DNA of 64,000 nucleotides from Acidobacteriota bacterium (GCA_003388555.1 QQVD01000018.1:1274-65273); one strand, 5' to 3'. Counted from the first letter of the stretch, positions 52,105 through 61,550 are shown. Translations and numbers: made by a program. Notes: generated from the sequence alone by a model not told the origin.

Positions 52105-53049
52105 TTATTGCATGGTCGAGCCGGCGCGCGACCGCAGCTTGCCGCACATCTCCCGCAACTCGGCATCGTTGCCGAGGCGACGCAGCCCGGAGACCAGGGC
52201 ACGTGGGTCCGGGTTGCCCACCAGGCAACGCTCGAGACCCTCCCGATCCAGCACCAGCACGCTGCCGTTGCCGGTCGGCCGCAGGCTCACCGCCCAGGGT
52301 TGGCGTTCGAGCAGGCTCGACTCTCCCAGCAGATCGCCGATCGTGAAGGTGCGCAGGCTCGTGTCGCGGCCACCGGTCGGCGCCGGCGCCAGGGCCTCGA
52401 TCTCGCCGAAGGCGATCAGGAAGGCCCGTTCGTCGCTGGACTCGGCGCGTACGAGGGTCTCGCCGACACCGAATCGACGCAGCTTCATGTTCGAGAGCAC
52501 GCGCACGATCTGCTCGCCAGGGAGCTCCCGCACGACCGGCGAGCTGCTCAACCGGTCCCAGATCTGCTCCAGCTCGATCGCCGCCGTCGCGACCGCGCCG
52601 CTGCCGCTCCGACTGGCGCTGCTGAGCGCGGCGACCGCCTGGCGGCGCACCTGATCCAGCTTGCGCTTCTCCTCCAACAGCAGGAGCCGCTGCTTGATGC
52701 TCTCTTCGAGCGGCGCGATGCGCTGGCCGCGGGTGAGCGCAGCATGGGCGCGATCGAGGAAGCCGTCGCGCATCATCTGATCGGCCGCCCCGATGTACTC
52801 GACGATCGCCTCGTCCCGCTGTTCGAGCCGCTCGAGGACGCCGGCGAGCTTGAGCCGCGCGTGGTGGTCCTGCGGTGCCGTCTTGAGCCGTTTGCGGAGG
52901 CGCTCCTCGGCCTCGGCGAAGCGCCCGAGGACGATCAGGTCATCGGTGGTCGGACCGGTATCGCGGTCGCGGGCGCCGGGCCGACGCTTGCCCTTGCCGC
53001 CACCCTTGTCGGCGGGCTTCTTGGAACGGCCCTGGAAGAACGACTTCAC
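52105..53049 (-). CDS. Cyclic-nucleotide-binding domain protein (N-terminal helical/TPR-like region, C-terminal cNMP-binding domain, no HTH)
   Basis: cNMP-binding signature (…FGEIEAL…RTFTIGDLLGESSLLERQPWAVSLRPTGNGSVLVLDREGLERCL). Start set at GTG 53049 (GAGG 6 nt upstream). GTG 53082 is an alternative. Confidence 0.68.
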   Translation of the reverse strand: MKSFFQGRSKKPADKGGGKGKRRPGARDRDTGPTTDDLIVLGRFAEAEERLRKRLKTAPQDHHARLKLAGVLERLEQRDEAIVEYIGAADQMMRDGFLDRAHAALTRGQRIAPLEESIKQRLLLLEEKRKLDQVRRQAVAALSSASRSGSGAVATAAIELEQIWDRLSSSPVVRELPGEQIVRVLSNMKLRRFGVGETLVRAESSDERAFLIAFGEIEALAPAPTGGRDTSLRTFTIGDLLGESSLLERQPWAVSLRPTGNGSVLVLDREGLERCLVGNPDPRALVSGLRRLGNDAELREMCGKLRSRAGSTMQ

Positions 53050-53586
53050 CCGGCACCTCGACCCCGTGAATCGATGAGACACCCCTGGGGAACCCGGCGA
53101 CGAGTCGCCACACGGTGCACCGCGTAGCCTGGGCCAAGGGGCGATCCTCCACTGTACGCGCCACTGCTGACGGCGGTCAAGGTCCGCCTCCCGGTGTCGT
53201 CCTCTCGTGAGGACGGCATGAGACCCGCAGAGAACGGTCGCCGGACGTCGCTCCTCACGGTGCCTGGAGTGCTCGGATCGCGGATCCCCGGGATGGCTGC
53301 TGGGTCCCTTCCCAGCCGCCAGATCGCCGCCTGGCGCCGCCCGCGCCGGCGGTGCCGAGCCGAGGTCGGTCGGGGTCGCGAAGGAGCTCGGCTTAGATCG
53401 CGCTACGTCCCGTTCCGCGGGGGTTTGCCTGGTGTGGGGCCATCGGCGGGCGAGCCGACGAGGTGGCTGCGATGCTCGCCCGGCACAATGCGTGCGCGCT
53501 CCCGCCGGCGGCCACCCCTGGATCCAGCGGCCGCCTGGGCGCCCGGCATGTGGGCCTTGCCGTAGGCTCGACCGGACTTTCGGTCC

Positions 53587-53602
53587 TGGAACACATGTTG
53601 CA
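53587..53602 (+). promoter_or_regulatory. Candidate sigma-54 (-24/-12) promoter TGGAAC-N5-TTGCA
   Basis: cTGGAACacatgTTGCAcc with correct GG/GC spacing, 74 nt upstream of ATG 53676. rpoN is encoded in this window. Confidence 0.45.
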
Positions 53603-53675
53603 CCGGATGTCCGGCGTGCGGCGGATCGCGGCGAACTGCGACGAGCCGGCACCAGAGACCGAGGAGGCTACCGCC

Positions 53676-56450
53676 ATGACCCTTGACCGCAACGATCACT
53701 CCATCGACCGCGCCGAGCGTCCGTCACGCGAGCGCTGGCGCCGACCCTCCCTCCCGGCCGTCGCCGCGGCTCCGCCGCAGCGCCGCGTCGCGGGGATCAC
53801 GCTGCTCGGCGGGCTCCTAGCGACGCTCGCGAGCGTGCTGCTGGCGGCCGGCGCACGGGCCCAGGACTACGCCGACACGGCGGACGAGCGACGCTACAGC
53901 TCGGTGCGCTTCCTCGAAGGCCCGGCTTCGCTGCAGACCGAGGAGAGCGCCGAGCGCATCGACCTCGAGCCCAACTACCCCATCGTCACCGGCGACCGGC
54001 TGTGGGTGCCGCCCGGCTCCCGCGTCCTGGTCGCCCTCGCCGACGGCAGCCTGCTGGCTGTCGGAGGCGGCACCGAGGTGGTCTTCGACCAGCTCGCGCT
54101 GTCGCTCGACAGCGAAGAGTCGACCTCGCGCCTGCGTCTGCTGCAGGGGCGTATCGACCTCAACGTCGACGAGTTCTTCCAGGCGCCCGAGCTGCCCATC
54201 GTCGACACGGCGAATGCCCGTGTCTTCGTGCAGTCCGAATACGCCCGCCTGGCCATCGGCGCCAACCACTCGGACTGGACCGAGGTCACCACCCGTGACG
54301 GCCTGGCCGAGGTCCTGACCCCCAACGGCTCGTCGCTGGTGCGAGCCGACGAGGAGCTGACCGTGCGCGGCATCCACGACACTGCGGTCGATCTCGCCCA
54401 GGCGGCTCCGCTGCAGGATCTCGAGCTGTGGGCCGGCGACTCGGCGGTGCGGTTGGCTCGTGGCACTTTCGACGAGCTCGAGGCGCCGCTTCCCGAGACC
54501 GCCCAGCTCGACGATCACGGTGACTGGGTCGTCGTCGAAGGCAGCCGCGCCTGGCGCCCGCGCGTCGCGACGGACTGGCGGCCGTACTCCTCCGGGCGCT
54601 GGGTCCATACCCCCACGGGGCTCTACTGGGCCACCTACGATCCGTGGTCGCCGGTGGTCTACCACTACGGCGGCTGGGACCTGCACCCGCGTTGGGGCTG
54701 GGTCTGGTACCCGGGCTACCGCTACGCGCCGGCACACGTCGCCTGGTATTTCGGGCCCGACTACTACGGTTGGATCCCGACCACCTATTACCGACGCCAC
54801 TACGGCTTCCATCTCACCGGCTTCGGATTCCGGTTCGGCATCTGGGGCCGCGCCGGCGGCTACTGGGACCCGTTCTACGACTGGACGTTCTGCCCGACCG
54901 GGTACTTCGGCGCGCGCCGCGGCTACCACCACTACCGCTCGGGTCGCTACTACCGTGACCGCGGCCACGGCCGCCTCGGTGACGGCTACGTCACCACCGA
55001 CACCACCTACGTGACCAAGGCCCACCTGCGCGATCCCGACCGCATCTACCGCGATCTCGACCGCGACGGCGGACGACGTGACCTGGTCGACGTCAACCCT
55101 CTGCTGGCCAGGGGCAAGGAGGTCCCGGAGTCGGTCCGCAAGGCGGTGCTGGTGCGCGGCGACAGTCAGACGGTGACACCGAAGGTGCGCCGCGGTGTGC
55201 TGGCCTCGGGCGAGGTCCCGAGAGCGAGCGAGCGTGGTGTCAAGGTGGCCACAGGCACCCGCTCCAGCCTGCGCTCCACGAGCACGGTGAACGGCAAGAG
55301 CACCGGCAGCCTGCGGTCGGTGCCGCGCAGCGACGAACGGCGCGAGCCGGCAAAGGCGATCGTCGACGGCGTCCGCCAGCGCAGCGACTCCGGCGCGACC
55401 GCGAAGGTGCCCGCCACCTCCTGGCGAGGACCGGACACCGACGGCCGGGCAGCGACGAGCGCCCGCGGTCGAGTCGACGGCCGCGGCGACGACGGCAAGG
55501 GCCGCACCACGGTCCGCGGCGTCGAACGGGGTGCCACACCGAGCACCGTGAGCAGTCCGCGGGGCAGCGTGCGCGACAGCGGCAACCGTGAGAAGACGAC
55601 GCCGCCGTCCCGCTCGGCGCCGACGATGCGCTCCACCGCCCCGCCCAGGACGGCGCAGCCGCGCACGGTTCCGTCGCGCCCGAGCACGTCGCAGCCGAAG
55701 GCGACGCCGTCGCGACCCAGCTCGGCACAGCCCAAGGCGGCGCCGTCGGCTCCTCCTCGCAGTGCCTCGCCGCGGTCGAGCTCGCCGCCGCCGCGGCAGG
55801 CGTCGCCGCCGCCCTCGAGCCCACGAGCCACGCCGAAGAGCTCCAAGCCGCCGGCCGCTCGTGAGGTCAGCGGCGTGCGCGGCGCCAGTCGGGAGCAGGT
55901 GAGCCAGCGCGCCAAGACCAGGGCGCTGCCGCGCTCCAGCCGGTCGCCGGGCTCCTCCCGCACCGTGAGTCGCTCGCGCGCCTCACGACCGGTAGCCAGC
56001 CCGCGCCGCCCGGCGCCCAGCTCCCGCTCCAGCGTGCGCGACGAGTCTTCCCGCACCAGGCGTCCGTCGGCACGGTCGTCGGCGGCGAGCCCGTCACGGA
56101 GACCGGCGAGCAGCTCCGCGAGTCAGGTGCGCTCCAGCGGCCGGTCGGGCTCGGTCTCTGCGTCGCGACCGGCGCCGTCGACGCGTGGCCGCAGCAGCGT
56201 GCGCTCGGCGCCGAGTCGTTCCTCGACCGTGCGTTCGGCGCCCCGGAACTCGGCGCCGCGACCGACGGTGAAGAGCTCGCCGTCTCGGCGCTCGACCTCG
56301 GCGCGCCCCTCGAGCCGCCCGTCGTCGCGTCCTTCGGCCAAGAGCAGCTCGCCACCGCGCCGCTCTGCGGCCTCGAGCGGCAGGTCCAGCTCGCGGCCGA
56401 AGCCGAGCGCCAGGTCGGCACGATCGAAGCGGCCGCCGGGCGGCGCCTGA
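53676..56450 (+). CDS. Large hypothetical protein: N-terminal signal/TM segment, FecR-like domain, Trp/Tyr/Gly-rich block, and a roughly 450-aa Arg/Ser/Pro-rich low-complexity C-terminal tail
   Basis: ATG 53676 with GAGGAGG 8 nt upstream. G/C-dominated third codon positions along the whole 2.8 kb ORF, including the RS-rich tail. N-terminal part resembles FecR (DRLWVPPGSRVLVALADGSLLAVGGGTEVVF). Residues about 310-440 are extremely rich in W/Y/G/H/R. Tail is built from SR/SP/RP-type low-complexity sequence (…SRSRASRPVASPRRPAPSSRSS…). Confidence 0.7.
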   Translation: MTLDRNDHSIDRAERPSRERWRRPSLPAVAAAPPQRRVAGITLLGGLLATLASVLLAAGARAQDYADTADERRYSSVRFLEGPASLQTEESAERIDLEPNYPIVTGDRLWVPPGSRVLVALADGSLLAVGGGTEVVFDQLALSLDSEESTSRLRLLQGRIDLNVDEFFQAPELPIVDTANARVFVQSEYARLAIGANHSDWTEVTTRDGLAEVLTPNGSSLVRADEELTVRGIHDTAVDLAQAAPLQDLELWAGDSAVRLARGTFDELEAPLPETAQLDDHGDWVVVEGSRAWRPRVATDWRPYSSGRWVHTPTGLYWATYDPWSPVVYHYGGWDLHPRWGWVWYPGYRYAPAHVAWYFGPDYYGWIPTTYYRRHYGFHLTGFGFRFGIWGRAGGYWDPFYDWTFCPTGYFGARRGYHHYRSGRYYRDRGHGRLGDGYVTTDTTYVTKAHLRDPDRIYRDLDRDGGRRDLVDVNPLLARGKEVPESVRKAVLVRGDSQTVTPKVRRGVLASGEVPRASERGVKVATGTRSSLRSTSTVNGKSTGSLRSVPRSDERREPAKAIVDGVRQRSDSGATAKVPATSWRGPDTDGRAATSARGRVDGRGDDGKGRTTVRGVERGATPSTVSSPRGSVRDSGNREKTTPPSRSAPTMRSTAPPRTAQPRTVPSRPSTSQPKATPSRPSSAQPKAAPSAPPRSASPRSSSPPPRQASPPPSSPRATPKSSKPPAAREVSGVRGASREQVSQRAKTRALPRSSRSPGSSRTVSRSRASRPVASPRRPAPSSRSSVRDESSRTRRPSARSSAASPSRRPASSSASQVRSSGRSGSVSASRPAPSTRGRSSVRSAPSRSSTVRSAPRNSAPRPTVKSSPSRRSTSARPSSRPSSRPSAKSSSPPRRSAASSGRSSSRPKPSARSARSKRPPGGA

Positions 56451-56560
56451 CCGAGCCGCGAAGCCGCGACGGCTGGCGGGTCACGCCCCCGGCCGTCCGT
56501 GCCGATGCAGGAGCTGCCAGCTCTGCCGGAGTGGAACGAGATGCCAGTACACTCCCGCGC

Positions 56561-56830
56561 ATGGGCTGGTGGCGCTCCCTGCGGCGGGTCCTGCCGCGTC
56601 TGGTCTTCGTCCTCTACTGTCTCGAAGCGGGTCTGTTCCTCTGTCTGATCCCGTGGCGAGACGGCTGGGTCGTGCTGGTCGATCAGTTCGCGGTCGACGC
56701 GATGAGGCCCTACCTGCGGTCTTCGTTCATTCGCGCCCTGATCTGCGGCTTCGGCGTCGTGCACCTGCTGTGGGCCCTGCACGATCTGCACGACCTGCTG
56801 CGGCGCAGCGAAGATGTCGCACCCGGTTGA
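56561..56830 (+). CDS. Small hypothetical membrane protein (2 predicted TM helices)
   Basis: MGWWRSLRRVLPRLVFVLYCLEAGLFLCLIPW…, about 89 aa. Overlaps the thiE start by 17 nt. Confidence 0.4.
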   Translation: MGWWRSLRRVLPRLVFVLYCLEAGLFLCLIPWRDGWVVLVDQFAVDAMRPYLRSSFIRALICGFGVVHLLWALHDLHDLLRRSEDVAPG

Positions 56831-57509
56831 CGGTCGGCGCGAAGCGGCGCCGCGGCTGCTCGCGATCAGCGACGGCCGCTCGAGCGGCGATCCGGGCGAG
56901 CGCCGCTGGTCCGACCTGCTGGGGCGCCTCGAAGCGATCGGCGCCGCGCTGCAGCTGCGCGAGAAGCACCTCGACGACCGCCGTCTGACGGAGCTCGCGA
57001 CCTGGATCCGCCGTCGCTTCAGCGGCCCGCTGATCTTGAACGGCAGGCCGGATCTGGCCGTCGCGGTCGGCGCCGACGGCGTGCACCTGCCGGCAGACGG
57101 TGCGCCGACGAGGACGGTGAGGGAAATGCTCGCGAGACACGGCGGAGCCTGCCTGCTCGGGCGCTCGTGCCACGTCGAGAACGAGGTTGCCGCAGCCGCG
57201 GCGGAGGGCGCCGACTACGTCGTCTTCGGACCCGTCTTCGCGACCCGCAGCAAGAGCGGTTCTGCTACCGGAGGTGTGGACGCCCTGCGAAGGGCGGCCC
57301 GCCATCGCGTGCCGGTGCTGGCGCTCGGCGGGATCTCCTCCTCCAACGGGGCTTCAGCCCTCGCCGCGGGCGCTCACGGGCTCGCCGCCATCACCGCCTT
57401 CGCCACCGATTCCGAGGCCCATGCCCTGGCGCGCCTGGTCGATCACTCCGCGGTCGTCGAGCCCACCGCCGCCGAGCTCGCTCCAGGCACCGACCAGGTC
57501 GGCAGGTAG
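56814..57509 (+). CDS. thiE: Thiamine-phosphate synthase
   Basis: 231 aa, ThiE pattern (…QLREKHL…ILNGRPDLAVAVGADGVHL…GADYVVFGPVFAT…PVLALGGI…). Confidence 0.86.
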   Translation: MSHPVDGRREAAPRLLAISDGRSSGDPGERRWSDLLGRLEAIGAALQLREKHLDDRRLTELATWIRRRFSGPLILNGRPDLAVAVGADGVHLPADGAPTRTVREMLARHGGACLLGRSCHVENEVAAAAAEGADYVVFGPVFATRSKSGSATGGVDALRRAARHRVPVLALGGISSSNGASALAAGAHGLAAITAFATDSEAHALARLVDHSAVVEPTAAELAPGTDQVGR

Positions 57510-58511
57510 CGGGGCCAGGTACTCCAACGGCCGCCCGCCGACCGGATGGCGAAGCGCCAGGGCCCAGGCGTGCAGAGCCGGGCGTTGCAATCCGACGATG
57601 ACTCGACGCGCCTCCGGCGAGCGCACGCCGCGATGCCGGCGGCCGCCGTACTGCTCGTCGCCGAGGAGCGGGTGGCCGATCGCCTCGAGATGCACCCGGA
57701 TCTGGTGGGTGCGGCCGGTGTGGAGCCTGACCCGGAGGGCACTCGCGGGGACGAGCTCGCTGACCGCCAGTCGTCGGTACTCGCTGCGTGCCGGGCGCGC
57801 GCCCGCGCGCACGGCCATTCGGGTGCGGCGACCGGGATCGCGGCCGATCGGCCGCTCGATCACGCCGTGGCTCGGGGTCCGTCCGTAGCACAGGGCCAGA
57901 TACACCTTGCCCACCCGACGGGCGGCGAACTGGCGCACCAGCGACTGGTAGGCCGCTTCCGTGCGGGCCACCACCATGACCCCGGAGGTGCCGACGTCGA
58001 GGCGGTGCACGATGCCTGGACGGCGCGGATGACCGACGTGCCGCAGCTCCGGGAACTGCGCCACGAGCCGGTTGCAGAGGGTGCCGGCGGGGTGCCCGGC
58101 GCCGGGGTGCACCACCAGCCCGGCAGGTTTGTCGATGACCACGAGGTGCTCGTCGACGTAGAGGATCTCGAGCCTGCCCGGCTCGGCGCTCAGCTCCTGC
58201 TCCTCCCGCTCGGCGGCGCCGCAGTCGAGCACGACGATCCGTTCGCCTCCCTCGAGTCGCAGGCTCGGCTTGGCCGGCTTGCCCGCGACGTCGACCATGC
58301 CCCCGCGCAGGAGCTGTTGGATCCGGTTGCGTGGACGCGAGAGGGCGCCGGCCAGGTAGCGGTCGATCCTCTCGCCGGCCGACTCGGCGGCGACCTCGAT
58401 CACGATCCGATCCGTCTGCCCGGAACCGCCGTCGCGGCGATCGCGCGCCGGTCCCGCCGGCTGATCCCCGTGTCCGTCCGCCGCCGCCCGCTCAGGCGCG
58501 CACGGACTCAC
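57354..58511 (-). CDS. rluD: RluD-family 23S rRNA pseudouridine synthase
   Basis: N-terminal S4 domain, catalytic HRLDVGTSGV motif, …HTGRTHQIRVHL…. Gly-rich C-terminal tail overlaps the thiE 3' end convergently by 156 nt. Confidence 0.86.
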   Translation of the reverse strand: MSPCAPERAAADGHGDQPAGPARDRRDGGSGQTDRIVIEVAAESAGERIDRYLAGALSRPRNRIQQLLRGGMVDVAGKPAKPSLRLEGGERIVVLDCGAAEREEQELSAEPGRLEILYVDEHLVVIDKPAGLVVHPGAGHPAGTLCNRLVAQFPELRHVGHPRRPGIVHRLDVGTSGVMVVARTEAAYQSLVRQFAARRVGKVYLALCYGRTPSHGVIERPIGRDPGRRTRMAVRAGARPARSEYRRLAVSELVPASALRVRLHTGRTHQIRVHLEAIGHPLLGDEQYGGRRHRGVRSPEARRVIVGLQRPALHAWALALRHPVGGRPLEYLAPLPADLVGAWSELGGGGLDDRGVIDQARQGMGLGIGGEGGDGGEPVSARGEG

Positions 58512-59034
58512 GCTCGTCCTCGGCCGCCGGCTCGGGAGCTGGCGCGAACAGCGACTCGACCACCAGGCAGACGATGCCGCCGGTGATCGCGCTGTCCGCG
58601 ACGTTGAAGGTCGGCCAATGCCGCGTGCCGACGTAGACGTCGAGGAAGTCGGTGACCGCCTGGAAGGCGATGCGGTCGACCAGGTTGCCGACGGCGCCGC
58701 CGAGCACCAGGGCCAGAGCGACGAGGAGGAGTCGCCGGTCGGGCGGAGTCCGGGCGAAGTAGATCGAGACCAGGATCAGCGCCAGGGCGCCGAACAACCC
58801 GAGGACCAGCGTGCCCACCAGCTCGCCCCGGCTCGGGAACAGGCCGAAGGCGATGCCGGTGTTCTTGACGTGGATCAGGTTGAAGAAGCCGGGAACGACC
58901 TCCACCGTCTGATAGAGAGCCCAGCCGCGCTCGATCGCCAGCTTGGTCCACTGATCGAGGGCGAAGACGAGGGCGGCGACAGCCAGCAGCCAGCTCTTGA
59001 TCGGGGAGCGGGTGCTGGTCTCGGCGTCGGGCAT
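58492..59034 (-). CDS. lspA: Lipoprotein signal peptidase (signal peptidase II)
   Basis: Start at internal ATG 59034 (MPDAETSTRSPIKSWLLAVAALVFALDQWTK…). LspA motifs (…NTGIAFG…FNVADS…). Confidence 0.9.
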   Translation of the reverse strand: MPDAETSTRSPIKSWLLAVAALVFALDQWTKLAIERGWALYQTVEVVPGFFNLIHVKNTGIAFGLFPSRGELVGTLVLGLFGALALILVSIYFARTPPDRRLLLVALALVLGGAVGNLVDRIAFQAVTDFLDVYVGTRHWPTFNVADSAITGGIVCLVVESLFAPAPEPAAEDERESVRA

Positions 59035-59142
59035 CGATCTTCTCCGTACGAACCAGCGGGCATCGTAGCGCACGGCCACGAGTGCGGCTGGAGCCGCGTC
59101 GGCCGCAGCGGTGCCGACCGGCCGCTCCGGTCGGTGCCTTCG

Positions 59143-60255
59143 TCAGAGCAGCTCGCCGAGCTCGCTGAAGGGCCTCTCCTGTGACTCCGCGACGGCCCGG
59201 TAGGTGATCCGGCCGGCATAGGTGTTGACGCCGTTGCGCAGCCCCTCGTCCTCGCGCAGCACCTCGCTGAGCGGCCCGCGAGCGAGCGTCCTGGCGAATG
59301 GCAGCGTCACCGAGTTGAGGGCGAACGTCGAGGTGCGTGGCACGGCTCCCGGCATGTTCGCCACGCAGTAGTGCACCACACCGTCGACCTCGTAGACCGG
59401 ATCCGAATGGGTGGTGGCGCGGGTGGTCTCGGCGCAGCCTCCCTGATCCACCGCCACGTCCACCAGGACCGAGCCCGGCTTCATCTCCTTCAGCATGGCG
59501 CGGCTGATCAGCTTGGGAGCCGAGCGACCGGGGATGAGGACCGCGCCGACCACCAGGTCGGCGCGCGACATCGCCGCCATCACGTTGTGGTGGTTGCTGG
59601 CCAGGGTGGTGATCGCGCCGCGGAATAGGTCGTCGATGTAGCGCAGGCGGCTGACATTGGTGTCGAGCACGGTGACGCGGGCGCCGAGGCCGAGCGCCAC
59701 GCGGGCGGAGTTGAGGCCGACGATGCCGCCACCGATGATCACGACGTCTCCCGGCGGCACCCCCGGGACTCCGCACAGCAGGGTGCCGCGCCCGCCGTAG
59801 GGCCGCTGCAGGTAGTAGTTGCCCACCAGAACCGCCATACGGCCGGCGACCTCCGACATCGGCGTCAGCAGCGGCAGTCCTCCGGTGCGATCGGTGATCG
59901 TCTCGTAGGCGACCCCGGTGACCTTCTTCTCGAGCAGCGCGGTGGTCAGCTCGGGGAGCGGTGCCAGATGCAGGTAGGTGAAGAGGATCTGATCGCGCTG
60001 CATGCGGTCGAACTCGACCGCGACCGGTTCCTTGACCTTGACGATCATCTCGCTGCGCGCCCAGACATCGTCGGCCGCCTCGACCAGCGAGGCCCCGGCG
60101 GCTTCGTACTCCTCGTCGAGGATTCCACTGCCCTCGCCCGCCCCTCGCTCCACCAGCACCTCGTGGCCGTCCTCGACCAGCGCGTGAACGCTCGCCGGGA
60201 TCAATCCGACGCGGTACTCGTGGTCCTTGACCTCTCTCGGCACCCCAACTCGCAT
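59143..60255 (-). CDS. ald: Alanine dehydrogenase
   Basis: 370 aa, N-terminal [21 protein letters not shown]-binding GGGIVG. Confidence 0.93.
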   Translation of the reverse strand: MRVGVPREVKDHEYRVGLIPASVHALVEDGHEVLVERGAGEGSGILDEEYEAAGASLVEAADDVWARSEMIVKVKEPVAVEFDRMQRDQILFTYLHLAPLPELTTALLEKKVTGVAYETITDRTGGLPLLTPMSEVAGRMAVLVGNYYLQRPYGGRGTLLCGVPGVPPGDVVIIGGGIVGLNSARVALGLGARVTVLDTNVSRLRYIDDLFRGAITTLASNHHNVMAAMSRADLVVGAVLIPGRSAPKLISRAMLKEMKPGSVLVDVAVDQGGCAETTRATTHSDPVYEVDGVVHYCVANMPGAVPRTSTFALNSVTLPFARTLARGPLSEVLREDEGLRNGVNTYAGRITYRAVAESQERPFSELGELL

Positions 60256-60496
60256 CCCTACCTCCTCTCCAACGATCTCCTGCCCGGCGGATCTGGCCTC
60301 GCGCCCCGTCGCGGAGCGGCCGGAGCGTCGGACGCGCCTCGCATCATCTGACTCTCGGCTGACCTCGAGCGGTGCGTCCCCAGGGGTACCCTGGCGGGTG
60401 CCGTGGCGCCGCGGTTGCCCCGCGACCGCGTGCGAAAGCGGCTCTCCGGCTCCGGCTCCGTTCAGCGCCGTCGATGCGGCCGACGGAGCGACGGCA

Positions 60497-60988
60497 TCAG
60501 CCGGCCGAGAGGCTGCGCGGCGCCTGAGCCGACGACGACTTGCCGGCGGCGCGGCCGGGATTCATCTCGATCTTGCCCTTGCAGAATCCGCCCTCGGCGA
60601 TCGCGACCCGCGGAGCGACAACGTCCCCCTCGATCGACCCCGAGGGCATCAATTCCACCTTCTCGCTCGCCGAGACGTTGCCCTTCAGCGTGCCGGAGAT
60701 GCGCACCGAACGGGCCGAGACGTCACCGACCACCCTTCCCTTGTCGCCGATGATCAGCTCGTCCTCGAGGTTGACCTCGCCCTCGACGATGCCTTCGACC
60801 AGGACCTGGCTGGATCCCGAGATGCGCCCTTCGATCTTCGACCCGGCGGCGACCAGCGTCTTCTGAGCGCCCGCTGCCTGCGGTCTCGCCGGAGCGCCTG
60901 GAGCCGCGGCGGCGGGCCGTCCGACCGGCGTCGGCTCTGGTTTGGGGGCGGGAGTCTGCGAGCTTCCATCGCGGCGGAAAATCGACAT
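60497..60988 (-). CDS. Bactofilin-family cytoskeletal protein
   Basis: 163 aa, Pro-rich N-terminal tail then repetitive beta-helix bactofilin (DUF583) repeats (…[54 protein letters not shown]…). Confidence 0.82.
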   Translation of the reverse strand: MSIFRRDGSSQTPAPKPEPTPVGRPAAAAPGAPARPQAAGAQKTLVAAGSKIEGRISGSSQVLVEGIVEGEVNLEDELIIGDKGRVVGDVSARSVRISGTLKGNVSASEKVELMPSGSIEGDVVAPRVAIAEGGFCKGKIEMNPGRAAGKSSSAQAPRSLSAG

Positions 60989-61028
60989 CTGGACCTCTGT
61001 CTTTGGGTGGCGTCTGGAGCCGGGTCGC

Positions 61029-61104
61029 TGGAGCGGGCAACGGGACTCGAACCCGCGACATCAAGCTTGGGAAGCTTGCACTCTACCAACTGAGTTATGC
61101 CCGC
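61029..61104 (-). tRNA. tRNA-Gly (anticodon CCC), CCA encoded
   Basis: Reverse complement GCGGGCATAACTCAGTTGGTAGAGTGCAAGCTTCCCAAGCTTGATGTCGCGGGTTCGAGTCCCGTTGCCCGCTCCA. Confidence 0.9.
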
Positions 61105-61226
61105 CCACGCGCAACGTACCCGAAGCCTCTGGCGGCGGTCAACCGCTTCCTGGCACGGCTCCACGAAGCCCCTTCGCGAGCATCCGTAGGGGCTGGAGAG
61201 GTCCGCGAGGGCTCGTGACCGTGGGC

Positions 61227-61232
61227 TATAAT
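61227..61232 (+). promoter_or_regulatory. Consensus -10 hexamer TATAAT 6 nt upstream of ATG 61239 (possible leaderless transcript)
   Basis: gtgggcTATAATgagaccATGgcg. No SD sequence between the hexamer and the ATG. No good -35 seen. Confidence 0.3.
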
Positions 61233-61238
61233 GAGACC

Positions 61239-61550
61239 ATGGCGAACGACGTGGATTCAGGAGAGCCCGCGATCACCGGAAGCGATCGTCAGAACGAGCC
61301 GACCCTCTACTTCTTCCCCGAGGACGACGTCACCGAGTCGCAGCTGCGGCGCATCCTGGCCTCGGGTGGCGAGGACGAGCGCAGCTGGGCCATCTCGCAC
61401 CTGCTCCGCTTCGCCCAGTGGGACGACATCTGGCTCTACGTCAGTCGCGACGAAGTGCGTCAGCTCTTCGAGAGCATCGAACTCCCCGAGACCCTGCGCG
61501 CCGCCTGGGCACGCATGCTCAAGATCGAAGACGGCGTTCGCATCGGCTGA
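61239..61550 (+). CDS. Hypothetical 103-aa acidic protein
   Basis: ORF 60942..61550 trimmed to ATG 61239 (MANDVDSGEPAITGSDRQNEPTLYFFPEDD…). G/C-dominated third codon positions. No recognised domain. Confidence 0.55.
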   Translation: MANDVDSGEPAITGSDRQNEPTLYFFPEDDVTESQLRRILASGGEDERSWAISHLLRFAQWDDIWLYVSRDEVRQLFESIELPETLRAAWARMLKIEDGVRIG

